From contig CAZZVB010000002.1 of the NCBI GenBank assembly GCA_964657445.1, forward strand, positions 5,179 through 58,125: 52,947 nucleotides of DNA, given 5' to 3'. This stretch comes from an uncultured Burkholderiaceae bacterium. GTDB lineage: Bacteria; Pseudomonadota; Alphaproteobacteria; Acetobacterales; Acetobacteraceae. The notes beneath the pieces were generated by a model. It made no database searches, was not told the origin of the DNA, and saw only the letters and a program-made list of their open reading frames with translations. A program made the position numbers and the translations under genes. Shown here piece after piece: positions 1 through 10,553 of this stretch; positions within the stretch are counted from its first letter, which is position 1; each line of letters opens with the position of its first letter.

Positions 1-252
1 ACGTTTTCCTACGTCACATTCGAGTCGCTTGCGGCAGGTGCGGATGTGGTCTGCCTGGCCGATAGCGGCAATATCGCGGCGGCGGTGCTACGCCAGCGCC
101 GCGGCATCGTGGCAGCCGATCAGGCGAGCCTGTTTGCGTTGTTCGAGAGCCTGCGCGCGGCCGAATACGTGCGCCTGTGCCGCGAACAGGGAACTGCACC
201 CGGCGAGCTGGTCCGTGATGGAACGAGCGCGACCCTGGAACGCGTCGCATGA
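1..252 (+). CDS. Glycosyltransferase, GT4-like, C-terminal fragment (5' truncated by window)
   Basis: Frame 1 is open from base 1: TFSYVTFESLAAGADVV matches the GT-B (E)TFSxxxxE-x-LAAG motif. Its stop overlaps the next ATG (ATGA, 249-252). Confidence 0.7.
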   Translation, partial: TFSYVTFESLAAGADVVCLADSGNIAAAVLRQRRGIVAADQASLFALFESLRAAEYVRLCREQGTAPGELVRDGTSATLERVA

Positions 253-1319
253 CCATGGTGCAGCCGAGCCAAGCTGGGAAAACCTGCTGTTTCACCAGCT
301 TCACCTACAGCTATCTGTCGCGCGCCCGCATCCTGGCGCAGACGGTGCGCCGCGCGCATCCAGACTGGGCGATGCAGGCCGTCATCGTGGACAAGCCGCC
401 GGCGGGCTTCGATGCGGCAGCGGCGCTCGCCGGGTTCGACCGCGTGGTGGAGGCCGACACGTTGCGCATTCCGCTGTTCAAGGCGTGGCTGTTCAAGCAT
501 GACGTCGTCGAGGCTTGTACGGCGGTGAAGGGCCAGATGCTGGTGGAGCTGCTCGAGGCCGGGTTCGAGAAGGTCATCTACCTCGACCCGGATATCGCGG
601 TGTTTCACCCGCTGGAGGCCATCGAAGCGCGGCTCGACACCGCGTCGGTCATCCTCACGCCGCATCAGTGCGAGCCGAACGAGCTGCCGATCGAGATCAT
701 GGATAACGAACGGACATCCATGCAATACGGCATCTACAACCTCGGTTTCGTCGCGGTCCGCAATGATGGCGTAGGCCGGGCCTTTGCGGCCTGGTGGGCG
801 CGGGAGCTTCATCGTGCCTGCTATGACGCGCCGCAAAGCGGCATCTTCACCGACCAGAAGTATTGCGACTTGGTGCCCGGTCTGTTTGACCGCGTCTATG
901 TCGAGCGCGACCCTGGTTGCAACGTTGCCAGTTGGAACCTCAGTAGGCGCAGCTTGCGCTTCTCCGGCAGCGACATCCTGGTGAACGGCTCTCCTTTGAA
1001 GTTTTACCATTTCACCAAAATCGGCGGCGATGGCGACAGCATGACCGAACGCTACGGCGGCAACAACTCGGAGGTTTTCGAGATTTGGCGTTGGTACAAG
1101 CGGCAGTTGAGAACGACGGCTGTTCCGGGGATCCCAAACCGCTACTGGCTATATGCCGTCTTCTCAAATGGGGAGGCGATCCCGAAATCCGCGCGCGAGT
1201 TCTATCGCGGACGGGAGGATTTGATGACCTATTTCGACGATCCGTTCCAGGTGGACGGCAACAGCCTGTACGCGTGGTTGTTGCGGGAAGCACCGGACTC
1301 GATGGTGAGGGACGCGTGA
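249..1319 (+). CDS. Glycosyltransferase (GT-A fold, GT8-like)
   Basis: 356 aa; YLDPDI DxD motif, YNLGF, DQKYCDL, NVASWNL, FYHF motifs; translationally coupled to the upstream GT. Confidence 0.8.
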   Translation: MTMVQPSQAGKTCCFTSFTYSYLSRARILAQTVRRAHPDWAMQAVIVDKPPAGFDAAAALAGFDRVVEADTLRIPLFKAWLFKHDVVEACTAVKGQMLVELLEAGFEKVIYLDPDIAVFHPLEAIEARLDTASVILTPHQCEPNELPIEIMDNERTSMQYGIYNLGFVAVRNDGVGRAFAAWWARELHRACYDAPQSGIFTDQKYCDLVPGLFDRVYVERDPGCNVASWNLSRRSLRFSGSDILVNGSPLKFYHFTKIGGDGDSMTERYGGNNSEVFEIWRWYKRQLRTTAVPGIPNRYWLYAVFSNGEAIPKSAREFYRGREDLMTYFDDPFQVDGNSLYAWLLREAPDSMVRDA

Positions 1320-1534
1320 CGTACGTCCTGCCGGCCAATGCCGTGACGGTGTAGAGATCCTGCGGAAGCTGATCAATCTGGCACGCTTCCCAATCCGGGA
1401 GGCCCCAGCTGTGCTGACAGCATGAGCATCACACATGAACAAGTATGTTCCCGGATCTATGCTGGCATGGTATCGAACGCTCTTCCGAGTTGCGCGGCGC
1501 TTCGCATCGATCTGGAACGATAAGGGGCCACCCG

Positions 1535-2371
1535 ATGATACCGCGCAATATTTTCCTGATGTGGGACAAGCCACGAGAAAATTGGCCGCCGTTGGTGCGG
1601 GTATGCATAGAGCTCTGGATTGAGATCAACCCGACCTGGAAGGTGGAGGTTTACGATCTCACCAAGGCACGCGAACTCCTCAAGGGGGATATAGACCTCG
1701 ATATCTTTAACTCACTTAAAGTGCAGCATCAGTCCGATCTGGTGCGAACCAAATTGCTCAGCGTGTATGGCGGTATATGGGCTGACGCTTCCTGTTTGCC
1801 GCACATGCCGGCGGATGCATGGATCGGCGATTTCGATGATCTTGATTACGGCAGTATCCCGACCAATGCCTTCGGCATCATAAGCGATAACTGGTTCCTC
1901 TTGTCACGACCAGCCGGTTTTCTCATGACGCGGCAGTATCAGGCCCTGCTGCGCTACTGGCAAACGCCGAAGATAAACATGCCTCAAGATGCCAGGTCCA
2001 TTCACATGATAGCCGAGAGGTGGCAACATTTCGTCTCCGACTATGCTGCGCATGAGTTGCGAGTGGCGCCTTATTTCCTTTGGCAATATCTGTTTCGGCA
2101 GCAGGTCGAAAGCGACGTCGAGTTTCGTGAACACTTCCTCAAGCAGCGTTACCTGTCGACGAACGGCGAATGTGGCTTGGTCATCAACACACTGATGAAG
2201 AACAAGGCTGCCAACATCCCCAACAATCCGCTACCCGATGCGTTGCGGGTTTTCCTTAGGACGACGACCTGCCAGCTTAGCAAGCTGAACCATCATAGCC
2301 ACGAGTTGGACTACCCCTTGCAAGATTTCAGCCAATGCGTGCTGGAGCGAGCCGCCCGCTACTTGCGATAG
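1535..2371 (+). CDS. Capsular polysaccharide synthesis protein (GT32-like DxD glycosyltransferase)
   Basis: MIPRNIFLMW start, SDLVRTKLLSVYGGIWADA motif, NWFL; AAGGGG RBS upstream of ATG 1535 (the ORF-track start of 1445 is probably too early). Confidence 0.8.
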   Translation: MIPRNIFLMWDKPRENWPPLVRVCIELWIEINPTWKVEVYDLTKARELLKGDIDLDIFNSLKVQHQSDLVRTKLLSVYGGIWADASCLPHMPADAWIGDFDDLDYGSIPTNAFGIISDNWFLLSRPAGFLMTRQYQALLRYWQTPKINMPQDARSIHMIAERWQHFVSDYAAHELRVAPYFLWQYLFRQQVESDVEFREHFLKQRYLSTNGECGLVINTLMKNKAANIPNNPLPDALRVFLRTTTCQLSKLNHHSHELDYPLQDFSQCVLERAARYLR

Positions 2372-2502
2372 TCGGTCTGCACTCGACACATCTAGCCGGT
2401 GGCCCGCACACGCTTGTGTTCTTACTTTGTTCGTGATAGAGAGGCGTAGATGGGCCGCGTTCAACCGCTGGCTTCACCTCCATCTCCCCTCAGGAAAATA
2501 GT

Positions 2503-4074
2503 ATGGTCAGGGACACACCGCCCGATTTCCGCCGACTTGCCACCTTGGCCTTGCTGGTCACACTCAGCACTTTGTCATCGTCCCGTCATGCTGATGCGCA
2601 ACTAGGGCCGGCACCCGGTTTAGCGCCTTCCTCACTTGGTCAGCCAAATGGCCCTGCCGCCCTGGATGCAAATGGCCGCGCATCCAACCTGTCCGTGCTG
2701 CCCCAGAATGGCGTTGCGGCTCGTTCGCTGGCGGCAAGGTTGTCTGACCGTCTAAGCCTGTTGGATTTCGGCGCCCGTTGCGACGGCACGACCGATGACA
2801 GCGCCGCAATTCTCGCCGCCGAGGCATCGGGTCGCTGGATCAGTATCCCCGCCAGCCGGATTTGCCGGGCTGCAACCATCAGCCAAGCTGCGATCTCCGC
2901 CGTATTCACTGGCCCTGGGCAGATCATGACGAGCGACGGCAATTTACGCGGCCCGGTAGTCACCCAGATGACGAGCCCGCCCAGCCACAGCGCGGGCTTT
3001 TCGGGCGGCGTGCTCTCCGGCTTTAACGGTGACCTCTCCCATGTGCCGATCGCGATTGAACATCGCGTTAGTGGCGCAGCCACGCTGGGCCAACCGGCCG
3101 CTGGAACCTACCTCATCACGCCGGAGGCTTCGGCTGACCTGATCAACTCGTATAATACCAGCGGCTATAATTCCGCCCTTAGCGGCCTCGCCGGTCGCAC
3201 TGGCCTTGCTGTGCGCCTGACGACCCTTGGGCAGTATGGTCAGGGCGACATGGCGGCCAACTGGTTCACCTGTTTCGCGGCCTCGACCCTCCCCAACTCG
3301 ACGAGCTTTTTAGAAAACCCAGAGTGCTCCGGCCTAACCGGTCAGTTGATCGCCGGCGCCGCGGGCGTCTATTTGCAGGGCATCGGGGACATCAATCTTA
3401 GCGACGGCGGCTTCGACGTTTCCGGGATAGGTGAAACCTATATCCTGCACCGCACCGTGCCGAGTAGCGCCATGGGAACGACCTGGATTGGAAGTTACCA
3501 ATACAGTACCGGCACCGTCCCAGCGGACGCAGCCTTCAGTTCGGCCGGGCCGTTCAATATCGTGCTTGACGCAGTTGATGCGGCCTCCGGCGCCGCGGTT
3601 GCCGCCGGCGCTGGGCAGCGCCTCTATCTCAATTCAACGCAGCCTAACGGCACGCACTTCCCCTCAACGGTGGCTCTCGGCACCGAATATGTGGATTACA
3701 CGGCAACGAACGGGCTAGAACTCGTGGTTGGCGGCAAGCCGGTCGTGCAGGCCACTCCGAACGGCGCTGTCGTGACAGGTCATTTGGAAACCAATGGCCC
3801 GCTTCCAACACTCAGCGCCTGCGGAACGTCCACCTTCTCGTATGGCTCTAACGACAATGCCGGCGTGATAAACTTCAGCGGCTCGCCGACAAGTTGCCAA
3901 ATGAACTTCACGCAGTCTTTTGCGCCGTCGCCCATCGGCTTTCCCGTGTGCGTCTTCATGGCCAATGGCAACAATGCCACCTACCTTGAAGAAGGCGCCA
4001 CTGCCGTGAAGATCATCTTTGCCCGAACCGACTTTGCTGCAATGACAAACGCGATGAACTACATCTGCCGCTGA
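2503..4074 (+). CDS. Secreted Gly/Ser/Thr-rich beta-structured protein with a pectate-lyase-superfamily/tailspike-type N-terminal motif
   Basis: Signal peptide ending ADA-Q; ARSLAARLSDRLSLLDFGARCDGTTDDSAAI motif; CAGGA RBS. Confidence 0.6.
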   Translation: MVRDTPPDFRRLATLALLVTLSTLSSSRHADAQLGPAPGLAPSSLGQPNGPAALDANGRASNLSVLPQNGVAARSLAARLSDRLSLLDFGARCDGTTDDSAAILAAEASGRWISIPASRICRAATISQAAISAVFTGPGQIMTSDGNLRGPVVTQMTSPPSHSAGFSGGVLSGFNGDLSHVPIAIEHRVSGAATLGQPAAGTYLITPEASADLINSYNTSGYNSALSGLAGRTGLAVRLTTLGQYGQGDMAANWFTCFAASTLPNSTSFLENPECSGLTGQLIAGAAGVYLQGIGDINLSDGGFDVSGIGETYILHRTVPSSAMGTTWIGSYQYSTGTVPADAAFSSAGPFNIVLDAVDAASGAAVAAGAGQRLYLNSTQPNGTHFPSTVALGTEYVDYTATNGLELVVGGKPVVQATPNGAVVTGHLETNGPLPTLSACGTSTFSYGSNDNAGVINFSGSPTSCQMNFTQSFAPSPIGFPVCVFMANGNNATYLEEGATAVKIIFARTDFAAMTNAMNYICR

Positions 4075-4154
4075 CGTACATTTCCTGGTGTAATGGATTG
4101 CGACACGTTGACACTGGCAATCCAGCGCCTTACCGCCGATCTCCGAGCAGCCAA

Positions 4155-4877
4155 ATGACGGTGGAAATGTCTGTAGTCTCAGTAGGCGACATAAAGGGAC
4201 TGCTCTTAGCGTTGAAAGACCGGGATTTTGAGCCGGGTTTGGACATCTACAAGGACCTGCTACCGGGCTTGAACGAAGTTGCCCTGAAGTTTGGGCCGGA
4301 GATCGAAGGCAATATATTCTATCCACAAGGCAGCGGAGCCGTTGTTTCATCGCTACCGGATCCTGCTTTGCGTCCGAAACGGCGCAACTTCGCTGCCTAC
4401 GTGATGACTGGCTCGTCACTCCTGGAGATCGGTTTCAATGCTGGCCACAGTGCACTGCTTGCACTTTCATGCAACTCTACTCTTAGCTATCTCGGCCTAG
4501 ACTTGGGTCACCATCCTTATACCCGGCCTTGCTTTGAGTATTTGAGAAAATATTTTGGGCGGCGTGTCGAGTTGCTCATTGGCGACTCGCGCATCACCGT
4601 CCCCGCGCTTCGTCACGCGCCAAGCACTCAATTTGATCTGTTTCACATAGATGGCAGCCACGACTTTGAAACCGCTTATTCTGATTTGTGCAACGTCTAT
4701 GATTTTTGCCAGGATGGCGATGTGATCCTTTTCGATGATACGAACGTGTCTCACTTCCTGTTGGACGAACTCTGTGACTTCTTCGCTCTCAAGGGCTTGG
4801 TGACGCGTATTCACTGCTCGCAGCTTTGGACCGGCGACCACAATGTAGCTCTGCGGGTCAATAAGCCCCATCGATGA
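4155..4877 (+). CDS. Class I SAM-dependent methyltransferase (Methyltransf_24-like)
   Basis: LLEIGFNAGHS motif I, IGDS, FDLFHIDGSH, ILFDD; start uncertain (4155 or 4167). Confidence 0.8.
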   Translation: MTVEMSVVSVGDIKGLLLALKDRDFEPGLDIYKDLLPGLNEVALKFGPEIEGNIFYPQGSGAVVSSLPDPALRPKRRNFAAYVMTGSSLLEIGFNAGHSALLALSCNSTLSYLGLDLGHHPYTRPCFEYLRKYFGRRVELLIGDSRITVPALRHAPSTQFDLFHIDGSHDFETAYSDLCNVYDFCQDGDVILFDDTNVSHFLLDELCDFFALKGLVTRIHCSQLWTGDHNVALRVNKPHR

Positions 4878-4898
4878 GCCGCCCGGCATCAGCCTTGC

Positions 4899-5972
4899 AT
4901 GGGCGCGTGCATGATCATCGCCTCGCCTTCACGCGCCCAAGCTGATCCGCGCGGAACGCCTTTACTCGCCGTCCGCGGACTCACGAAACACTTCCCCCTC
5001 ACCGGCGGCCTGCTGGGTCGCAGCCGTGGTTCCGTGCGCGCCGTCGATGACGTCTCGTTCGCGGTGCAGCCCGGCGAGACGCTGGGCATCGTCGGCGAGT
5101 CCGGTTGCGGCAAGTCCACCACCTCCCGCCTGATCATGTCGCTGCTGCCCCCCACCTCGGGGGAGGTCATCTTCGACGGCTTGCCCACCGGCCCCGGTGC
5201 CGAGAGCGTCGGCGGCATCAGCACCAAGGAATATCGCCGCCAGGTGCAGATGGTGTTCCAGGATAGCTACTCCTCGCTCAATCCCCGCCTGACCATCGGC
5301 GAAAGCATCGCCTTCGCCCCGCAGGTGCACGGCGCCAGCGGCCGCGACGCATCCCGCAGGGCGGCGGACCTGCTGAGCGCGGTCGGGCTCGACCCGGCGC
5401 AGTTCTCCCGCCGCTTCCCGCATGAATTGTCGGGTGGCCAGCGCCAGCGGGTGAACATCGCCCGCGCGCTGGCGCTGCAGCCGCGGCTGCTGATCCTGGA
5501 CGAGCCGGTGTCGGCGTTGGACAAGTCGGTCGAAGCCCAGGTGCTGAACCTGCTGCTGGACTTGAAAGGCCAGTTCGGTCTGACTTACCTGTTCATCAGC
5601 CACGACCTGAACGTGGTGCAGTTCGTGGCCGACCGTGTCCTGGTGATGTATCTCGGCCGGGTGGTGGAGATCGGCCCGGTCGATGCGATCTATGGCCACG
5701 CCCAGCATCCCTACACCGTGGCGCTGCTGGATAGCCGGCCGTCGATGGACCCCGGCAACCGCCGCAGCGATCCACCGCTGACCGGCGACCCGCCCAACCC
5801 GGTGAACCCGCCTTCGGGCTGCCGCTTCCGCACCCGTTGCGCCTTCGCGGAGCCGGTCTGCGCCCAAACGGTGCCGCCGCTGGCGCCAACCGCCGCCGAT
5901 CGGGGGCACGCAGTCGCCTGCCTGGCCGTGCAGCCGGGCAGCGGCCACAGCCGCGCGAGCCTTGCCGCATGA
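4899..5972 (+). CDS. Oligopeptide/dipeptide ABC transporter ATP-binding protein (OppF/DppF-like)
   Basis: GESGCGKST Walker A, LSGGQRQR, LDEP, C-terminal PPSGCRFRTRC; start 4899 or 4911. Confidence 0.93.
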   Translation: MGACMIIASPSRAQADPRGTPLLAVRGLTKHFPLTGGLLGRSRGSVRAVDDVSFAVQPGETLGIVGESGCGKSTTSRLIMSLLPPTSGEVIFDGLPTGPGAESVGGISTKEYRRQVQMVFQDSYSSLNPRLTIGESIAFAPQVHGASGRDASRRAADLLSAVGLDPAQFSRRFPHELSGGQRQRVNIARALALQPRLLILDEPVSALDKSVEAQVLNLLLDLKGQFGLTYLFISHDLNVVQFVADRVLVMYLGRVVEIGPVDAIYGHAQHPYTVALLDSRPSMDPGNRRSDPPLTGDPPNPVNPPSGCRFRTRCAFAEPVCAQTVPPLAPTAADRGHAVACLAVQPGSGHSRASLAA

Positions 5973-6955
5973 GCGAGCGCCTCGTGCATGTGCGCGACCT
6001 ATGCGTCCGCTTCGTCTCACGCGACGCGACCGTGTATGCCGTCGGCGGCGTGGATTTCGACCTCGCCCCGCGCGAAACGCTGTGCATCCTGGGCGAGAGC
6101 GGATCGGGAAAGTCCGTCACGCTGCGTTCGCTGATGCGTCTGAACCCGCCGCGGCGCACGGTCATGACGGGGACGGTGCAGGTCGGCGGGCACGACCTGA
6201 TCAAGGCCTCCGAACGCAAGCTGGCGGATATCCGCGGCAGCGTGGTGTCGATGATCTTTCAGGAGCCGATGACCGCGCTGGACCCGGTGTTCACCATCGG
6301 CAAGCAGATCCGGGAGACCATCCGCAGGCATGAGCGCATTAGCCACGCGGACGCCGACCGCCGGGCGCTGGAACTGCTAGACCTGGTGCAAGTGCCCTCC
6401 GCCAAGCGCCGGCTGGACGCCTACCCGCACGAGCTGTCGGGCGGATTGCGTCAGCGCATGATGATCGCCATCGCGCTGTCGTGCCGGCCGCGTCTGCTGC
6501 TGGCCGACGAGCCGACCACGGCGCTGGACGCCACCGTGCAGATCCAGATCCTTCTGCTGCTGCGCCGGCTGCAGGAAGAACTGGGCATGGGCATGATCTT
6601 CGTCACGCATGATTTGGGCGTCGCAGGGGAAGTCGCAGACCGGATCGCGGTGATGTACGCGGGGCGTTTTGTGGAGGAAGGACCTGTCGCCGCCGTCATG
6701 AAGGATCCGCTGCACCCGTATGCGCAGGGACTGCTGGGGGCGACGGTGCACGCGGGAGCGAGGGGCACGCGGCTGACGACGATACCGGGCTCACCGCCGA
6801 ACCTCGAGAACCCGCCGACCGGCTGCGCCTTCGCGCCGCGCTGCAGCTCCGTCGAAGCAGCCTGTCTGCCGAAAGTGCCAGAGCCGCGCAGCCCCTCTCC
6901 CGGCCGTGCCGCACGCTGCGTCCGCGTGGCCGACCGCATCGCGGCGGCGGCCTGA
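5969..6955 (+). CDS. Oligopeptide/dipeptide ABC transporter ATP-binding protein (OppD/DppD-like)
   Basis: [33 protein letters not shown]; ATGA overlap with the previous gene. Confidence 0.93.
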   Translation: MSERLVHVRDLCVRFVSRDATVYAVGGVDFDLAPRETLCILGESGSGKSVTLRSLMRLNPPRRTVMTGTVQVGGHDLIKASERKLADIRGSVVSMIFQEPMTALDPVFTIGKQIRETIRRHERISHADADRRALELLDLVQVPSAKRRLDAYPHELSGGLRQRMMIAIALSCRPRLLLADEPTTALDATVQIQILLLLRRLQEELGMGMIFVTHDLGVAGEVADRIAVMYAGRFVEEGPVAAVMKDPLHPYAQGLLGATVHAGARGTRLTTIPGSPPNLENPPTGCAFAPRCSSVEAACLPKVPEPRSPSPGRAARCVRVADRIAAAA

Positions 6956-6956
6956 C

Positions 6957-7910
6957 ATGCTGCTCTACATTGCAAGGCGCATCGGCTACTCGATCCCGAT
7001 CGCCCTGGCCGTGAGCCTGGTGTGCTTCATGTTGGTGCACATCGCGCCGGGTGACCCGGTGAACGCGATCGTCCCGCCGGACGCGCCGCAGGAAGTGGTG
7101 AACCAGATCAAGCATGAATACGGGCTGGACCGGCCATTGCCGATCCAGTTCGGGCTCTGGCTGTCGCATGTCGGCACCGGGGATCTCGGCCGCTCGCTGG
7201 CCACCGGCCGCTCGGTCTGGTCGGATTTGTCGGTGGCGCTGGTGAATACGCTGCGGCTGGCACTGGTGGCGTCGTTGATTGGGTTCAGCATGGGGCTGCT
7301 GCTGGGTGCGCTGGCAGGCACGATGCGCGGCACCGTGGTGGATCGGGCGGCAACGACCTTCGCCGTGGCCGGGGTCTCGGTGCCGCATTATTGGCTGGGC
7401 ATGGTGATGGTGGTGATCTTCAGCGTCCTGCTGGGCTGGTTGCCGGCGATGGGCGCGGGACCCGGCGGCAACTCCGACTGGGTGTGGGACTGGGAGCACT
7501 TTCGTTTCCTGCTGTTGCCCGCAGTGACGCTGAGCGTGATCCCGATGGGGATCATCACCCGCACCGTGCGCGGCATCGTGTCCGAGGTCTTGGGGCAGGA
7601 TTTCGTCAACACGTTGCGCGGCAAGGGCCTGCTGCGCGGCGGCATCTTTCTGCACGTGGCGCGCAATGCCGCACCGGGCGCGCTGTCGGTGATGGGCTTG
7701 CAGCTTGGCTACCTGATGGGCGGATCGATCCTGGTGGAAACGGTCTTCAGCTGGCCAGGCACCGGGTTGTTGCTGAACTCCGCCATTTTCCAACGCGACA
7801 TCCCGGTGCTGCAGGGGACGATCCTGGTGCTGGCGCTGTTTTTCGTTGGCGTGAACCTGGTCGTGGACGTGGTGCAGACGATGCTGGACCCAAGGATCAA
7901 GCGGGCATGA
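6957..7910 (+). CDS. Peptide ABC transporter permease (DppB/OppB-like)
   Basis: [41 protein letters not shown]. Confidence 0.93.
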   Translation: MLLYIARRIGYSIPIALAVSLVCFMLVHIAPGDPVNAIVPPDAPQEVVNQIKHEYGLDRPLPIQFGLWLSHVGTGDLGRSLATGRSVWSDLSVALVNTLRLALVASLIGFSMGLLLGALAGTMRGTVVDRAATTFAVAGVSVPHYWLGMVMVVIFSVLLGWLPAMGAGPGGNSDWVWDWEHFRFLLLPAVTLSVIPMGIITRTVRGIVSEVLGQDFVNTLRGKGLLRGGIFLHVARNAAPGALSVMGLQLGYLMGGSILVETVFSWPGTGLLLNSAIFQRDIPVLQGTILVLALFFVGVNLVVDVVQTMLDPRIKRA

Positions 7911-7926
7911 GAGACACTGCCGAAAA

Positions 7927-8025
7927 CCCTCTCCCCTTGGGAGTCGGTTGGCTGAGGGGCGACACGCACGGCGCGCCCGTTTGTGCATGCCCCTCACCCC
8001 GGCCCTCCCCACGAGGGAGAGGGGG
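7927..8025. repeat. Intergenic palindromic REP/RIME-like element
   Basis: Outer inverted repeat CCCTCTCCC (7927) / GGGAGAGGG (8015-8023) and inner TGAGGGGC / GCCCCTCA; resembles the short palindromic repeats common in alphaproteobacteria. Confidence 0.7.
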
Positions 8026-8028
8026 ACG

Positions 8029-8922
8029 ATGAGCACCACCACCGCCACCGGCTTGACCATCGCCGTCCCCGCCCAGCGCCGCAGCCGCGGCTACTGGAGC
8101 GGAGTTGGGCGGCGGCTGTCGCGTGACTACGTGACCATCGCATTCGGTTCGCTGCTGGTGCTGATCCTTCTGGCGATCGTGCTGGCGCCCTGGATCGCGC
8201 CGCACGACCCCTATCAGACGTCGATGCTGCGGCGGCTGAAGCCGGCGGGTTACCAGGGCTACATCCTCGGCACCGACGAGTTGGGTCGCGACATGCTGAC
8301 CCGGCTGCTCTACGGCGGACGTCTGTCCTGGACGATCGGCATCACCCCCGTCGTGCTCTCGTTCTTCATCGGCGGCTTGCTGGGCATGATCGCCGGGTTT
8401 GCCGGCGGTGCGGTCAACATGATCATCATGCGCACGACGGACGTGTTCTACGCCTTTCCCTCCGTGCTGCTGGCGGTGGCGATCAGCGGCGCCCTGGGAG
8501 CCGGCATCGGCAACGCCATCCTGTCGCTGACGCTGGTGTTCGTCCCGCAGATCATCCGGGTCGCCGAGACGGTCACCACCGGCGTGCGCAACCTGGACTA
8601 CGTGGAGGCCGCGCGGGCCAGCGGCGCCGGCGGCTTCCTGATCGTGCGGGTGCATGTGCTGCCGAATGTGCTCGGCCCGATCTTCGTGTACGCCACAAGC
8701 CTGATCAGCGTGTCGATGATCCTGGCATCCGGCCTGTCTTTCCTGGGGCTGGGGACCCGCCCGCCCGAAGCCGAATGGGGGCTGATGCTGAACACGCTGC
8801 GCACCGCGATCTACACGCAGCCGGTGACCGCCATGCTGCCCGGCGTGTGCATCTTTGCGACATCGATCTGTTTCAATATGGTCAGCGATGGCCTGCGCTC
8901 GGCGATGGATGTGCGCGCTTAA
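8029..8922 (+). CDS. Peptide ABC transporter permease (DppC/OppC-like)
   Basis: LGTDELGRD, YVEAARASGA, HVLPN, LSFLGLG, EWGLML. Confidence 0.93.
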   Translation: MSTTTATGLTIAVPAQRRSRGYWSGVGRRLSRDYVTIAFGSLLVLILLAIVLAPWIAPHDPYQTSMLRRLKPAGYQGYILGTDELGRDMLTRLLYGGRLSWTIGITPVVLSFFIGGLLGMIAGFAGGAVNMIIMRTTDVFYAFPSVLLAVAISGALGAGIGNAILSLTLVFVPQIIRVAETVTTGVRNLDYVEAARASGAGGFLIVRVHVLPNVLGPIFVYATSLISVSMILASGLSFLGLGTRPPEAEWGLMLNTLRTAIYTQPVTAMLPGVCIFATSICFNMVSDGLRSAMDVRA

Positions 8923-8934
8923 GGAGGCTTCCGC

Positions 8935-10542
8935 ATGACGATTTCACGCCGCGCGCTTCTGGCTGCCCCGCTTGCGGCGGCTTTGCCGTGGGACCTGGCA
9001 CGGGCGGAGGCGCCCGGCGGAGTCCTGCGCCTGGGCATGACCGCATCCGCCGTGCCGCTGTCCAATGGTTGCCCCGACCAGGGCGCCGAGGGGCAGCGCT
9101 TCATGGGCATCACGCTCTATGACCAGCTGGTCGAATGGGACCTGTCACGCTCCGACCAGCCAGCCGGACTGACGCCGGGCTTGGCGACGGAGTGGGGCAC
9201 CGACCCGGCCAATCCCAAGCACTGGGTGTTCACCCTGCGCCCCGGCGTGAAGTTCCATGACGGCAAGCCGCTGGTCGCCGATGACATCGTGTTCTCGTTC
9301 GATCGCGCACTGAAGAAGGGTGACGCGGCGTTCGATCCGCGCGCCTCGGCCCAGGTCGCGCTGCGGCTGCCGACGGTTGCGAAGTGGGGCACTGACGGGC
9401 CGGACAAGTTCTGGATCGAGACGTCGGTGGTGGATAGCACCCTGCCCTACGGCGTCACCTGGCTCGGCATCACACACCGCGGCGCGTGGGAAGCCGCAGG
9501 CAGCAATTGGGACACCTACCTCGGCCGCGCGGTCGGCACCGGGCCGTGGAAGCTGCAGACCTTCAACCTTCGCGAACGCGCCGTGCTGCTGCGCAATGAG
9601 GCCTATTGGGATGCCAAGCGGGTGCCCAAATGCGCCTCGCTGGTGCTGCTGCCGACGGCCGAGGCGAACACGCGGGTTGCCGCGATCCGGTCCGGGCAGG
9701 TGGACATGATCGAAGCGCCGCCGCCGGATGCTGTTGAGTCCCTGAAATCCGCCGGATTCACGACGATCACCAACGCCTACCCGCATAACTGGACGTGGCA
9801 TCTATCGCGGATCGAGGGTTCCCCCTGGAACGATATCCGCACCCGCAAGGCGCTGAACCTGGCCGTGGACCGGGCAGGACTGAAGGAGTTGCTGGGCGGA
9901 CTGATGCTGGAAGGCGCCGGTTTGGTGCCGCCGTCCAATGCGTGGCACGGCAATCCGTCCTTCAAGCTGGTGCACGATCCAGATGCGGCCCGCGCTCTGC
10001 TGAAGGAGGCCGGATATGGCCCGGGAAAGCCACTCAGGACCAAGATCGGGATCTCGACCTCCGGTTCCGGCCAGATGCAACCACTGCCGATGAACGAATT
10101 CATTCAGCAGAACCTCAAGGACGTTGGGATCGAGGTCGAGTACGAGGTGATGGATTGGAACTCGCTGATCGACGTTTGGCACGCCGGAGCGAAGTCGCCG
10201 CTCTCGCGCGGCTGCACGGCGGTCAACTTCAGCTACGGCGCGTTCGATCCGTACAGCGCGTTCATCCGGCTGCTGAAATCGAGCCTGGCGGCTCCGAACG
10301 GCGCCAATTGGGGCTTCTTCTCCGATCCGGCGTACGACGCGTTGTTCGACCAAGTTTACACGACGGTGGACCCGGCGCAGCAGGCCGTGTTGCTGCGTTC
10401 GATTCACGAGAAGATCGTTGACGACGCGCTTTTCCTGTTCGCCGCCCACGACCTCAACCCCCGTACGCTCAGCCCGAAGGTTCATGGTTTCGTGCAGGCA
10501 CAAAGCTGGTTCCAGGATTTGACGCCGATCAGTCTGGCCTAG
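8935..10542 (+). CDS. ABC transporter substrate-binding protein, family 5, Tat-exported
   Basis: SRRALL Tat motif; LRPGVKFHDG, GTGPW; AAGGAGG RBS. Confidence 0.92.
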   Translation: MTISRRALLAAPLAAALPWDLARAEAPGGVLRLGMTASAVPLSNGCPDQGAEGQRFMGITLYDQLVEWDLSRSDQPAGLTPGLATEWGTDPANPKHWVFTLRPGVKFHDGKPLVADDIVFSFDRALKKGDAAFDPRASAQVALRLPTVAKWGTDGPDKFWIETSVVDSTLPYGVTWLGITHRGAWEAAGSNWDTYLGRAVGTGPWKLQTFNLRERAVLLRNEAYWDAKRVPKCASLVLLPTAEANTRVAAIRSGQVDMIEAPPPDAVESLKSAGFTTITNAYPHNWTWHLSRIEGSPWNDIRTRKALNLAVDRAGLKELLGGLMLEGAGLVPPSNAWHGNPSFKLVHDPDAARALLKEAGYGPGKPLRTKIGISTSGSGQMQPLPMNEFIQQNLKDVGIEVEYEVMDWNSLIDVWHAGAKSPLSRGCTAVNFSYGAFDPYSAFIRLLKSSLAAPNGANWGFFSDPAYDALFDQVYTTVDPAQQAVLLRSIHEKIVDDALFLFAAHDLNPRTLSPKVHGFVQAQSWFQDLTPISLA

Positions 10543-10553
10543 ACGCTGCTGCC

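Noticed and set aside
7948-8028. N-terminal extension of the second permease
   Set aside because: It is a translation of the palindromic repeat; ATG 8029 is the likely start.
4962-10503. Long antisense and alternative-frame ORFs here and across rpoD, carB and the hydrolases
   Set aside because: Shadow ORFs expected from high-GC codon bias; Arg/Pro-rich, no motifs.
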